Position numbers and translations under genes: made by a program. Under the pieces are notes generated by a model. It ran no database searches. It had not been told where the DNA came from and saw only the letters and a list, made by a program, of their open reading frames with translations. Of a stretch of DNA of 64,000 bases, positions 1 to 11,044 are shown one piece after another. Position 1 is the stretch's first letter, and the number at the start of each line of letters is the position of its first letter. The DNA is taken from the NCBI GenBank assembly GCA_036172245.1, contig JAYWIR010000039.1, positions 1,736,001-1,800,000 on the forward strand. The letters run 5' to 3'. This DNA comes from Raillietiella orientalis. Lineage: Eukaryota.

Positions 1-1884
1 TAATAGTACAAAAAGCTTACAGTATTAATAAGAATGTCATTTGAGTGATAACGATATATCAATATGCTATATGATACATTAGATAATGTAATAATAAAAG
101 GGTACATACACATGTATAATTAAAATACACACTGACATCTCATTCGCATAAAGCAGCGGATGCTTTATGTGTTGACAAAAATTTCAAGCACACTTTCTGA
201 TTTGATTTGCAGTTATGAGACAAATTTCTCTTTACTCATGCTGCTTTTATGTGCTTTGCTACGTATACTATACATTACAATTCATTGGACTTTTTTTTCT
301 AATGATTATAATTGACATTTTTTCATCTACAGAAGTAAACCACCGTTTTATAAAAACTGATGCGTTATGTCCATCATCTCTTAGATTTTCTCAAAAAATG
401 AGCTCACATTCATGGATTAGTAACTGTATGATGTCACTCGTTTTACTTATGTTTCAATTTGATTTTAAACTGTGTCGTTTTCTTCCTTAGAAGGTATGCA
501 CCACATTGCATAGTTTTCAAAACTGTCAAATAATGTAAATGAATTCTTTCGCTCAAGGTAATCGAACTCTCAAAATCACCAAGCACACTCAAACCAAACC
601 ATACGCAAATTTACTCAGATTAAAAGTTAATCCCCTAAGCATGCACACTATTTTAATCACTTCTAGAAGTATAATTATATGCCCAAATGGTTTTGCATAT
701 TTGAGTAAAGGTGAACTTTGGCTTACTCAAAATCCACAATTACGTTTTCTATATTCACTATGATATAATCGGATATTCGACGGCGTAAAATGCTGCAATC
801 TGAAATAACGAATCTAATGAAGGTGACTCTATTGAAATGAGGAGAGACTATGAGAAGCACCATCCTTGAAAGGTCACTATGTAGGTGAAATAACTAAAGC
901 ACAAGTAATGTTTTGGAATTTAATGGAGAATAAAATTTGGGTCAACGAAAGATGACCCAAATTTGCTCAAGAAAGATGAACACTCTTCACTGCAAATGCC
1001 TCATTTTGTTTCAAAGGCATAAAATTAGTAATTATGAGTATTTGGGTTCCATTTCTGTTTTCCAAGTGTTAAGCTTGTTTTTCTGCATGTTCTAATAGTC
1101 TGGACCCTGGAACCCGTTATCTATTATTTACGATAAATGCTGTAACAAAACTAAAGTTCCAGCATAATGCAGAAAACTCATTTCAATAACAGTGTGCACT
1201 TCCCAACCCATAGGAGTATGCAATTCTGCCAACCTCTCCAAAGCTTTCAAGGATATAAAAAACGCCACTAGTTGATCTTTACCTTTAAACATAGTAATAT
1301 TTCTTCATTTTGTACATTCAATAATGTTATAAAACAGTTCAAACCAATCAATCGGTGCTTTAAAAATTTCCAGTCAATTCTTCAGTTTGAATACTCCACA
1401 TGTTTACACAAAACAAAATCAATGCTTATTTAGTGACAATAAAAATGCACTGAGGCATCACAACAGAAGTGCACACTTCCTCTTATATATTAGGGTTTTA
1501 GCAAAAACCCTGACTAAAAAATCCCATTACCACTTTTCAATTGTGGAAACATTTGTGGTAATGCCAGATAAAACAAACAATATGATGACTTCACTGATCA
1601 TGTGGCAACAAATCAAACACATTAGCTTCAACAATCATGCAAGGATGTATGCAATATGAATGTACCTGTTTAAACAGGAAACTCAAATTAAAGGTGAAAA
1701 AAAATAAAATACGAAAAAATTCTTATAAACTGAAAGCTACAAGAAATCTTTTAATGAACCAAAAGTCAATACTTTTCAGATTTGATATAAAATAATTATG
1801 AATTTACGCAAAACTTTTTACAAATAAATGTGTATTGATAAAATAACATTTTACTGAGAAAAGTATTGTGACATGGAATGCCAT

Positions 1885-2259
1885 TCAATTAAAAGAAGTA
1901 TAGTTTCCACCAAGACCTTGACCATTAAATGTGCGCATGGCACTGTATGCATCCACTACAGAGCTAGCTGATGTATATCCAGTAGAAGCAGCAGCTAAAT
2001 TGGCATAGCCAGTCATCGTCATAGGTGTGGCATATCCTGCAGGTATTGCAGCAGCAGCAGCTGCTGCTGCTGCTGCTGCTGCCTGTGTGCCACGGTACTG
2101 TGCTGCACTAGCAGCTGTGTATCCTAAAGTTGCAACATTGGCAGCTCCACCAGCAGTCAAGTAACCAGCTGCCATTGTTGGATTTCCTATTCCTAGATTT
2201 CCGGTAGGTGTTGAGTTTAGAAATAATTCAATATAACGATGCTGCATATGGGCTTTGTC
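1885..2259 (-). CDS. HNRNPF/H (glo): hnRNP F/H last coding exon (end of qRRM3, poly-Ala low-complexity tail, stop)
   Basis: Encodes [17 protein letters not shown]...; TGA at 1887-1885. Confidence 0.92.
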   Translation of the reverse strand, partial: DKAHMQHRYIELFLNSTPTGNLGIGNPTMAAGYLTAGGAANVATLGYTAASAAQYRGTQAAAAAAAAAAAAIPAGYATPMTMTGYANLAAASTGYTSASSVVDAYSAMRTFNGQGLGGNYTSFN

Positions 2260-4814
2260 CTGTAGATTTGTTAGAGATGTAGTGATTTAAATTACTCACT
2301 TTTGACATAGCCTTGACAGCATCCTCATGTGTTGCAAATTCCACATCTGCTTCACCTGATGCCCTTCCATTATCTTCATACAAGATATTGACCCGCACAG
2401 GAACAAGTGGCTTAAAAAACTATAGTGCCTCTATAAGTTGTAATATAAGTTGCTTTAACTTACATCAACAATATCTTGTTCCGAAGCACGAAATGGTAAA
2501 CCACGCATGTGAACACAATGGCCAGTTGATCCTGTAGTGTAACCTACACCTTTAGCAAATGCTCCAGTAGCATCAAGTGTCAAAGTTTGTCGACTACCTC
2601 TTCCTCCTCCCCAGTTATTTTCATAATAGTCATCAAAATCTGGAATAAATCAAGCTTACTTATTGCACATTATCCGTTGTTTTTTACCTCCTTTGAATGT
2701 CCGAGTGCCTCGGCCTGTGCTGGCATATCGGCTAGTTCCACTTAAACGATCACCTCGGTCATAAGGACCAGGACGTGCAGGCAATGCCAACACAGGTCTC
2801 ATTTTAGGACCCATGGCAGCCCTCACTTCTGACAACGAACTCCGGAAAATCTCAATGTACCTGAGCAGAAACATGTAAGCAAACAAGACTATGCATGCAG
2901 AACTCAGCTAGACAGGTACACCACCTGCTCTTTGTAATTAGAAAATAATAAAAAAACTCTACTCCCTGTTGGGTCTTGCTTGGTCCCACCTCCCCCCGGT
3001 GCCTAATCTTCTTCCCGGCCCGTAGCTCCCTCTTCAACCCGGAAACCATGTACAATAAGCACTTCAGAAACTATCCAAGATATGGAAAGTAATTTCAAAG
3101 GGGCACCTGATGCACTCAGCAGGCCCCTTTGTCCAAAACTCACACACATATTACTTAACAATCACACAGAATATAAAAAAAAATCCAACAATATATGGGG
3201 GTAACAATAGATTGCTCTAGCCCTCCCTCCCCACCTGTGCCCAATTCTGTCCTTGTGTTTCTGAAGTGCTTTCTCTGCTATCTCCTTGTTTATGAATTGA
3301 ACATATGCTTCCCCCGTGTGCCGCCCTTGCAAGTCTGTGCAGAGTGTTATCCCATTTGGCACAATCTCCAACCCTGTAGGCATACCCACAAATCAAATAA
3401 TCAATAAACATTCATCCACTCATTTATTAGTTTTAAAATAATCTAAAAGTGTGAAAGAAGAAATCAAAAATACATTACAACCATATGCCCAAACAACTTT
3501 TGGCAACAATTTCTATTTGACATCCATCTAATGAATATTTAAAATATACATTCTGACAATAAAAAAAAAAAACAAAAAAACAAAAAAACAAGCACAAATA
3601 CAGAGAAGAACCAACACTATAAAGCAAGAACAAAATCAATATATATATACCTGTAAAGAATTGTGCAATTTCTTCTTTAGAACATCCAAATGGTAAGCCT
3701 CTTAGTCTTACACAACCATCATCCATTGAGTTCTGCATATGAACAGTACTCCGTTTAACAACCCAATCCATTTCAGATCTCTTTGCTTTGAAAACTACAA
3801 GGCCCATCAACTGCAGAAAAAACAAATTTTCATACTACCTTCTATATAACGATGACCCATAGTTTCCTTATCCTTTTTTATTCCACGTTCTACATCCTCA
3901 ATACTTTCAACTTCTATGTATGCTTCACCACTAGGTCTTCCTTCTCTTGACAAGGTCATATGAATCCCATTTTTTCCGTATAAAATGCGTACCTCAGCTA
4001 AAAAACATAGAGTAAAATTAGTTTTGAGACAATTGATTCACAAACAAAGAAACCAAATGGCCTTAAATGTTTAAGACTGCGCTAAGTCAGGTATGTATAT
4101 ACACTTCAATTCATCTGTCAATCAAAAAGCAATCAGCATCATGAACTTTCAAGGGAAGCTTATCAAGTTAACAACACCAGTTTCATCAGAATTTTAATGC
4201 TCATATTGTGGCTAATACTATGATGCTTTAATGATGCATGAACAATTTAATTATACAATAAACTACTACTTACTTGACAAATTCAAAATAACGTAGGAAT
4301 CAAACATGGATTCCTTCCATGAATTATTCACTTACCTCTTATGGCATGGGAAAAACACAAGCTCATAAAGTAACACTGAAAACACGTCAGTATTTTGCAG
4401 AAAATAAATAACACCCAGCATGCAAATGAATTTGTATTGAATACCTCATTAAACGTAAAATCATACTGCTCTTTAATAACTTACCATGTAGTTACCGAAT
4501 TAATGAATTATTCTCGGAACTTTAAGCATTTCAATTTACAAGTAGCTCACTACCTTAATTAATTATCTATTTTCATCATTATTAGAATTATATTTTCCTC
4601 GAATACACTACCTTTATTGAGATACATCAAATATTACAGCAACAAGTAATCAATGTCACATACGCTGCATTACCGAATACATACATCAAAATCAAAATCA
4701 CTTACGACCAAAAAATTTGATAATATCTTCGGCAGTAGCAGACCAAGGCAAACCCCTAACTCTCAAAACATACTGATCGTCATCTAATCCCAAAACACTT
4801 AATGTATCAGGCAT
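1885..4814 (-). CDS. HNRNPF/H (glo): hnRNP F/H family RNA-binding protein (three qRRMs, Ala/Gly/Tyr-rich C-terminus); join(4814-4706,3997-3839,3794-3651,3373-3235,2860-2688,2639-2464,2419-2300,2259-1885), 464 aa
   Basis: The spliced translation is open, all introns are GT-AG, and the exons sum to 1395 nt. Family motifs are present: [124 protein letters not shown]. Confidence 0.96.
2300..2419 (-). CDS. HNRNPF/H (glo): hnRNP F/H coding exon 7
   Basis: Encodes [46 protein letters not shown] donor. Confidence 0.92.
2464..2639 (-). CDS. HNRNPF/H (glo): hnRNP F/H coding exon 6 (linker and start of qRRM3)
   Basis: Encodes [15 protein letters not shown]...[28 protein letters not shown] donor. Confidence 0.9.
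2688..2860 (-). CDS. HNRNPF/H (glo): hnRNP F/H coding exon 5
   Basis: ctgctcag acceptor; encodes [13 protein letters not shown]...RPGPYDR. Confidence 0.9.
3235..3373 (-). CDS. HNRNPF/H (glo): hnRNP F/H coding exon 4 (139 nt, candidate autoregulated cassette exon)
   Basis: Encodes [11 protein letters not shown]...GEAYVQF...HKDRIGHR; donor is CAG|GTGGGGAGGGAGGG. Confidence 0.93.
3651..3794 (-). CDS. HNRNPF/H (glo): hnRNP F/H coding exon 3 (start of qRRM2)
   Basis: Encodes [14 protein letters not shown]...[23 protein letters not shown] donor at 3650. Confidence 0.92.
3839..3997 (-). CDS. HNRNPF/H (glo): hnRNP F/H coding exon 2 (rest of qRRM1)
   Basis: ttttttag acceptor; encodes [20 protein letters not shown]...[10 protein letters not shown]. 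Confidence 0.92.
4706..4814 (-). CDS. HNRNPF/H (glo): hnRNP F/H coding exon 1 ([36 protein letters not shown])
   Basis: ATG at 4814-4812, start of qRRM1, GTAAGT donor at 4705. Confidence 0.9.
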
Positions 4815-4871
4815 CTCCAGTTTTTTTTCTTTCCTAAGAATCAACTCACTACTATACAAGAAACCTCACAT

Positions 4872-4881
4872 AAAATGGCGC
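4872..4881 (-). promoter_or_regulatory. YY1/pho-type motif (GCGCCATTTT) just upstream of the hnRNP F/H start codon
   Basis: Plus strand aaaatggcgc reads GCGCCATTTT on the gene strand, about 60 nt before the ATG. This motif is common near housekeeping-gene transcription starts. Confidence 0.45.
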
Positions 4882-5879
4882 CTCAAGCTTTGAAAAGGGC
4901 ATTCGCTTCTACAAAGCAGGTATCACGTTATAATCGAGTCGGTAATGAACAATCGCATATTACCAAGATTAATTTTACAAAAAAATTTTCTTTATGTGCG
5001 AATGGGAAACTAGAACAGATATTAGTATCTTCCATCGCTGTATGACCAATGAAATAACATTATGCAGATTTTTTCCTCTTTATTCTGTATATTGTTTCAA
5101 TTTCAGAGGTAATTACATAAACATATATAGTGTATATTAGCGCTACTTATTTTGAAGTTTGAAAGTATTCAAATCATTCAATAAAGCATCAGTCAATCGA
5201 TCCCAGTATTTTCTCTGCTAATTTTAATAAATAAATGTAATGTAAATAAACGATAAAAAAAAAACTAATGCATGGATACCTAACCAAGTGAATACAGATG
5301 CATGACCCCGTTATGAAGACAAATACTGTACCCATATGTGCATAAATTTGCACATTTAGAGAAGCTGGAGATAGGATCTATATCTTTTTCCCTCGATTAT
5401 ATTGCTGGTATGAAGGTATGAAATCTTTAAAGAATGCTATTTCTAAATCCTTTGAAACAATTAAGTAATAACAAAAGAAGACGCGCTGCAACAACGTAAT
5501 TTCTAATTATTTTCGGTTTGTATTTCTGCAATGTGCCTTTTTTTTTTTCTTAAAAAAAAAGGAACTTTTGGCTTAATTGGAAGGCATGAGATCTAGAATA
5601 GTAATCTGGGAATTCGAGGGGTCAATTTCATTGTTACCTAGAATAAATAAATACACCAATTCAATGTAGCAGCTAAATCAATGGAGCTGGGTAGGAATAA
5701 ATCAATGAATTTAAAATAAGAGAGATCTTGCTTTAGATTTAAATATGGTCAAGAATTTCGTTTATTATTCAAGGTATATGACTCCAATTGCTTATTTGTA
5801 TGATCTGGTTTGCTTTGTACTGTCTTTAGCTATCAATGGAACTGTTTTATCCTTAATATCGTGGTATTACCTTCTGATT

Positions 5880-6200
5880 TCAAAACAAGGAGTTACCTCT
5901 GTATCGATTCCGAACGAGCTTCGGAATGAGCCCCACCAGGAGGAGGAAAGAAGGACATTGTTCCAGTCGCAGGAAACTACACAGTCTAGGCTAGAGAAGC
6001 TCTCCTTGGCAGGAGGAGTCAGCTCAGTCGATTTCTCGTCCTGTCCGCTACTACCGGGTTTCGGGGACCCCAATATCGGATGCGTGGGAAACTGCAAAGA
6101 TGGATCCTTCCTCCTTCGCCCTGCTCGGGTAGTCTTGACGGAAGCCTGTCATGGATTCCAAATCAGAGTGAGACAGGTCGCCGTCTCTCCCGGAGCAGAG
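5880..6200 (+). mobile_element. Decayed non-LTR retrotransposon, AP-endonuclease-like fragment
   Basis: The translation P..EEERRTLFQ...LSLAGG..GFG..NIG..GN..DG.FLL...LT..HGFQ follows the residue spacing of RTE/L2/CR1 endonucleases, but the catalytic motifs are corrupted. It coincides with an abrupt AT-to-GC transition. Confidence 0.35.
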
Positions 6201-8572
6201 GAATCCGTGACTCCAAAGTGCCCGGGCGTCCGCTCTCCCAGTTCTGAAATTAGGTGGCGGAGGAAAAGGAAATCAAAAGAAAACAGAAAAAAAAAATCCT
6301 TCCAGAGCTCCCTGACAACATCGCGCGTACCTCTGCAGATTGTGGATTCACGTGGTGCACTCAAGGCTCACGGACTCTGTCCTGTGGGTACTGCCGCAAC
6401 CATGCGTTTCCGCTCTCTCCGGCAGCCAAAGACATGCCCTTTCACGGAAACTGTGGTACAGGTGGTAGGAATACTCGGAGAAAGCGGAGCAGCCCCGTCG
6501 TGGGCGAGACTATGGAGAAGAACCCTCGAAGGTCAAGTTTGGAACCCACTGTACCGCTCACCCGTCGTCGCAGCAAGGAGGAGCTGGAATGTGAAGCGTG
6601 ACCACATAGGGCGCGCTGCTCACAAGCAGACTCCTCACAGGAGCAGCCTCACAAATGAATGCATCTCGAGAGAATCATCATCTCACAAGGGAACCTTTCT
6701 CGATATGCCCGTCTGGGTCGTTCTTACGGGTGAAGCCTCCGTAGGGCTGTATGCTACAGAGCACACCAAGAGCTTACTTTAGTAGAGCGGCGTTCTGGCA
6801 TGATGGCGCGAGAAACTTTTTCGGACAGTGCTGAGTGCCAAAGACGTCGCACGTCTTTTAGAAATCTGTTCCTCAAAATTTTCTGGAACGAAAATTTGTG
6901 AGCCAAAGCAAAGCGCCGAAAGGTAGGTTGTCTCATTCCAGGGATAGAAGGCCCTGCTCTTTGGACGAAATGCGGGGTAAAGGAAAAAAATGCACCCGTT
7001 CGTCCCGGGAAGTGGTAATTCGATCGATGGCAGGGCGACTTCTGGGACACGGTTCGCGTCGGTTCTTATACATGAGTCCCTACTTTCCGTCTGATTGTCG
7101 CCTGGTTGCGCCTGGGCGTTTATTCCATATAAAAAAAATAAACAATCGTGGTCTCTGTGGTCGGACCGATTGTCCAACCACGTGCAATTTGAAGGGGGCC
7201 TTCCAGGCTACCGGTATGCAGAGGTGAGGCCCTCTACGGCAGCAGAGGAGAGAGGGCAAACAAAAAGATTAAAAAAAAGAAACAAGAATAAAAAAAAAGG
7301 GGGAGGGGGGAAGCTAGAAGGGATCACGTTCTGCTGAGGGCGCTCCTCTGCATCCTCTGTAGAATGCCGGCAAGCTCTTGCTGTATATAGGCTCTTTCAG
7401 TCTGAAGTTGAGAAGGGAGAACCGTTGGCAACCGATACATGAGGGAAAAAGATTCAGAAACTTAAGAAGAGGTCGTATCAATGGTTGAGATAAGCATAGG
7501 ATGCACGGAACTATGGAGAACTGAAAAAAAATTTGAAGCTCTCGGAGCTGTGGGACTTCTGTGGGATGTTTCCCGTGGAAGTCACGCAAGGAAACAAAGC
7601 CAATCACTCATTTGGGAGACGCTCTAGTAAAAGGCAGGTCGTGAAAAGGAGGAGGACAGCATAGGCCTTTCGAAAGCTCCCTTCCAAGGAATCGAACAGT
7701 CGCGGGATTGTTCGCTGGCCGGACGAGAAAAATTTCTCCAGATTTCAGGTTTGTGGGCGTTTGCACAGCAAAGGAAAGAAGTGTCAGGTTCGGAAGAATG
7801 AACGAAAGGACACGGTTGGAAGGAGAGGACGCAGCGCATACCCGGGAGTAGGCCGGAGGATCTCAGGCGTGGCGAGCCCTCGAAGATGCGGAACTTCTTG
7901 AACTTTCTCAACCTTAGATCCCGCTGTTTCCAGTACCGATCGAAGTGCTAGCGAGGCGAGCTACTAGCCGCTCGTCATCTGTTCGCATGCGTGACGACTG
8001 ATCCAGAGGGATCTGTATCGGGAAAATCGAGCCAGCTTTCTTGTTCCCGGTGCATTAGGGGTTGACGTCCAGGTGTTGTCAGCAGTGCCGTTTTTCCCTA
8101 GTGGAAGTGAAATCACTATTGTCTATGAAGAGTGATCTTCCGAAACGATGCGAGATGAAAATCCACGGTCGAAGTCGATGGCAGCTCACGCAAAGGCACA
8201 TCCGAGAACCAAAAAGTGCAGGAGAAACAGGAAATCTTCCTCCTATCCTCCCATGCTTTTGCGAAGAGGCATCTTCGTAGCATGGCAGCCAAGCTAAGCA
8301 ACGGCGTTTCTATGAGGAACGCTTGGAGGGTTTGTGTGTGCACGACGCTCGTTGAGCCGACGTGCTTCCACAGATTGGGAAAAGCATCGGAAAAAAAAAA
8401 AAAAAAAAGGCGATTCGTTTCCCAGCAAGGCATCCACTCACAGCGACATCTGGAAGCACCAATTTGTTTTCGTCTCAGTGGCTTCACGAGCTTCAAGTTT
8501 GCTGCACTCTTAACGGGATACTTGTCTATTGAATTTATTTAGAGCAATGAAACTGCATGTAAATGCGTTTGC

Positions 8573-8608
<36 letters not shown>

Positions 8609-10419
8609 CCATGGAGTATTCTCTCCAAATGGTCCGTACCAAGCAACAACCAAGGGCAAGGCTCCCTCTGCAAAAGTTTTCAGAGAGAAGCAACCCCCGA
8701 GGCGAAAATGTTAGACGCTCTCAAATGGCTGTGCTCTTCATTAGAATCCAAGGAAAACGTGGTCATTAACAACGATCATCAAAAATCCGTTTCCTTCACG
8801 GGTGAATAGCCGTGAATCCAGTCTGTTTTGCCGCTCCTTTCTGAGTTTGGACCGGAGGAAGCAGCCTCACGCGTGCCACTTGACACTCTCGTTTGCTCGA
8901 CTAACGGACTGTCCTTCGGCTTCTCTTCTAATGCTGGCGCGGTCTCCGATGGAAAACATCAGGATATCTAGGCTGCATCCCATGGCCTCGAGCGCATCTG
9001 TCTTTCGTTTTCTTCCTATTCGCCAACACGACCGCAATTTCTGCTGTTGTCCTTGCTGGCCTCATTCGCAGAGTGGTGTGCACCAAGAACTTCCCGTGGG
9101 TGGTATTGATCAGAGTCGATGACTGTTCTTTGAGCTGATCCTTTCATAGCTCTTCAGCGTGCGAAGTCAGCATTTAGGTACCTCCACACTGCAAAGGAAA
9201 GACATATCGAGAACCTCAGACAAGCATCTGAAACTGGATTGCTTCCGAAGAGACGAGAGAAATCTCGGTTACAAGCGACCGTGCGTGAAGCAAAAAGAAA
9301 GTATTCAGTTCCGTCGACCCGTCTGGAAGTGTGGATGCTGTTGTCAAGAAAGCATCAGCAGCAATGCTATATAGGTAGGGGGACCAACAGAAAAGCCCAG
9401 GGAATGGCTTCCTCGGCAACGCAACGGTCGAGTCTGCTCTCTCAAAATCGGCCGCTGCCGCTAGTTGCAGTGAGCGGCTTCCGACTTCAGTTCGCTCCCG
9501 CATAAGTCCATGCTCACCATGGTTACATCTTTGCGGGGAAACGGAGGAACGGACCTCCTGTTTAGCTGACACTAAAGACATTCTCCCTGCTTTCCCTCCA
9601 GGCCCGAGAAACATACGTCCTATGACTGGCATGACCTTGCATGGTTGATTGCTTCTCCTCTGCCTTCCTAACCCCCTCCTGGAGATGAGCGCCAAATTTT
9701 CCAACCCTCCAAGGTCAAACGCGTTCAGTGAACGCTTCACCGAGTTTCGCGGGGAGGGGAGAGGGGGAAGAAGCTAGAGGGAGGTAGACAAGCATCTCGC
9801 AGAAAGGCAACAACGAACAACGTCCGGGTGTCAGTTTGCTCGCCGTGCCCCCCCTTCAGTTCTCTAGCGCGAGTGGGCTCTCTCCGACAGCTGTCTAGAC
9901 GACGACGTAGCCTAGCGCGCGCGCTTCAGCTGCTGCTGAGCGGTTTCCTGCAGCCCAAGAGCGCTCAGGCCACTGCAGCGGAGCAAGGGCAGCACGTGGG
10001 AAGCGAGCGTGCCCTACTCTACCGACCACCCTCCTGACCCGGCCCGATCGCAAGCGGATCGCGCGTGAACGGAGACGAAACCGAGATCCCTGCCAGTGGC
10101 TGCAACAAGGAAGGGGGCTGTCACCCCTGGCGGCTCCCGAGAGCCCACGAGCGTTTTTCTTGGACATGCGTTCCCGGTGCCTAGGGCGGTGGATGCCGGA
10201 GCGCACTCCATCCTGCGCTCCCTCCCGTTCGGAGCTGCCGAGTGCCAAAGAGCCGACGTGAACCCCCCCTCCAACCGACTGACTCGCTGGAATCAGCAGC
10301 GGTGGCACCACCGATCGAGTGAGGAGTGGGGTGGGCCCGCGCCATCTTCCCGCTTCTGCTCCTCACTTTCTTTTCTCTTTCTTCCCTTCTCTTCCAAGTC
10401 AGTGTCGCATTCCTTATCT

Positions 10420-10436
10420 ATGCCGTCCAGTATCAG
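10420..10436 (+). CDS. Possible upstream coding micro-exon (MPSSIR) of the orphan secreted-protein gene
   Basis: Long pyrimidine tract with AG at about 10398-10402, ATG at 10420 and a CAG|GTAG donor at 10437. Splicing to 11077 is in frame (ATC AG|G ATG ATA). Confidence 0.35.
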
Positions 10437-11044
10437 GTAGCCAGGTGGAGACCTGATACTGGACTGCCCACAGTGACCTTCCTGACGTGCGCGAGAACGG
10501 AAGGACTTCAGCGCAGCTTCCGACGCACGCGAGGGCTTGCGGTCCTTGGAAAGAGCAGACGGAGCAACGGCGGCGGCAGGAACGAGGTTTTCCCCCATCC
10601 TCCGATTACCTTTCGCGGGAGTGGCACCTCCCCCGTACGGATGGACTCCGGCATTGAGTAAAGAAAGCATCTAAATAGGTCCGGGCCCAACATTCTCGAC
10701 CTTGTGGTGCGGAGCGAGGCGGAGGACGAGCTCGTCCCGCCATTCACTCCCGGTGGCTCGCGGATGGAGAAGGCGAACAGGCGCCCCGCTTTTGAAGCAT
10801 CTGCCGAACTTCTTCCTGACGGGAACGCGACGCGATGTGCTCCCTGAATGAAGGAGGCGAACCATAACAAATCTCTGGTTTCCGGCTTCGCTCTCCGGCC
10901 GCCGGAGGCGGCAGCCGCGGCGGAGAGAGCGCCCCATAAGGGCAGGTAGGGTCGTCGCCGTTTCAGCATTCCCGTGTGACCCGGCGAGGCGAAAGGACGT
11001 GCTAATAGTGCTAGTGACCCAGCGAACTTGCTTCTTGTGACGAG

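Noticed and set aside
5745..6782. 345-aa ORF as a host gene
   Set aside because: It crosses an AT/GC boundary and an A-run and has no coherent domain. It is better explained as partly decayed LINE sequence.
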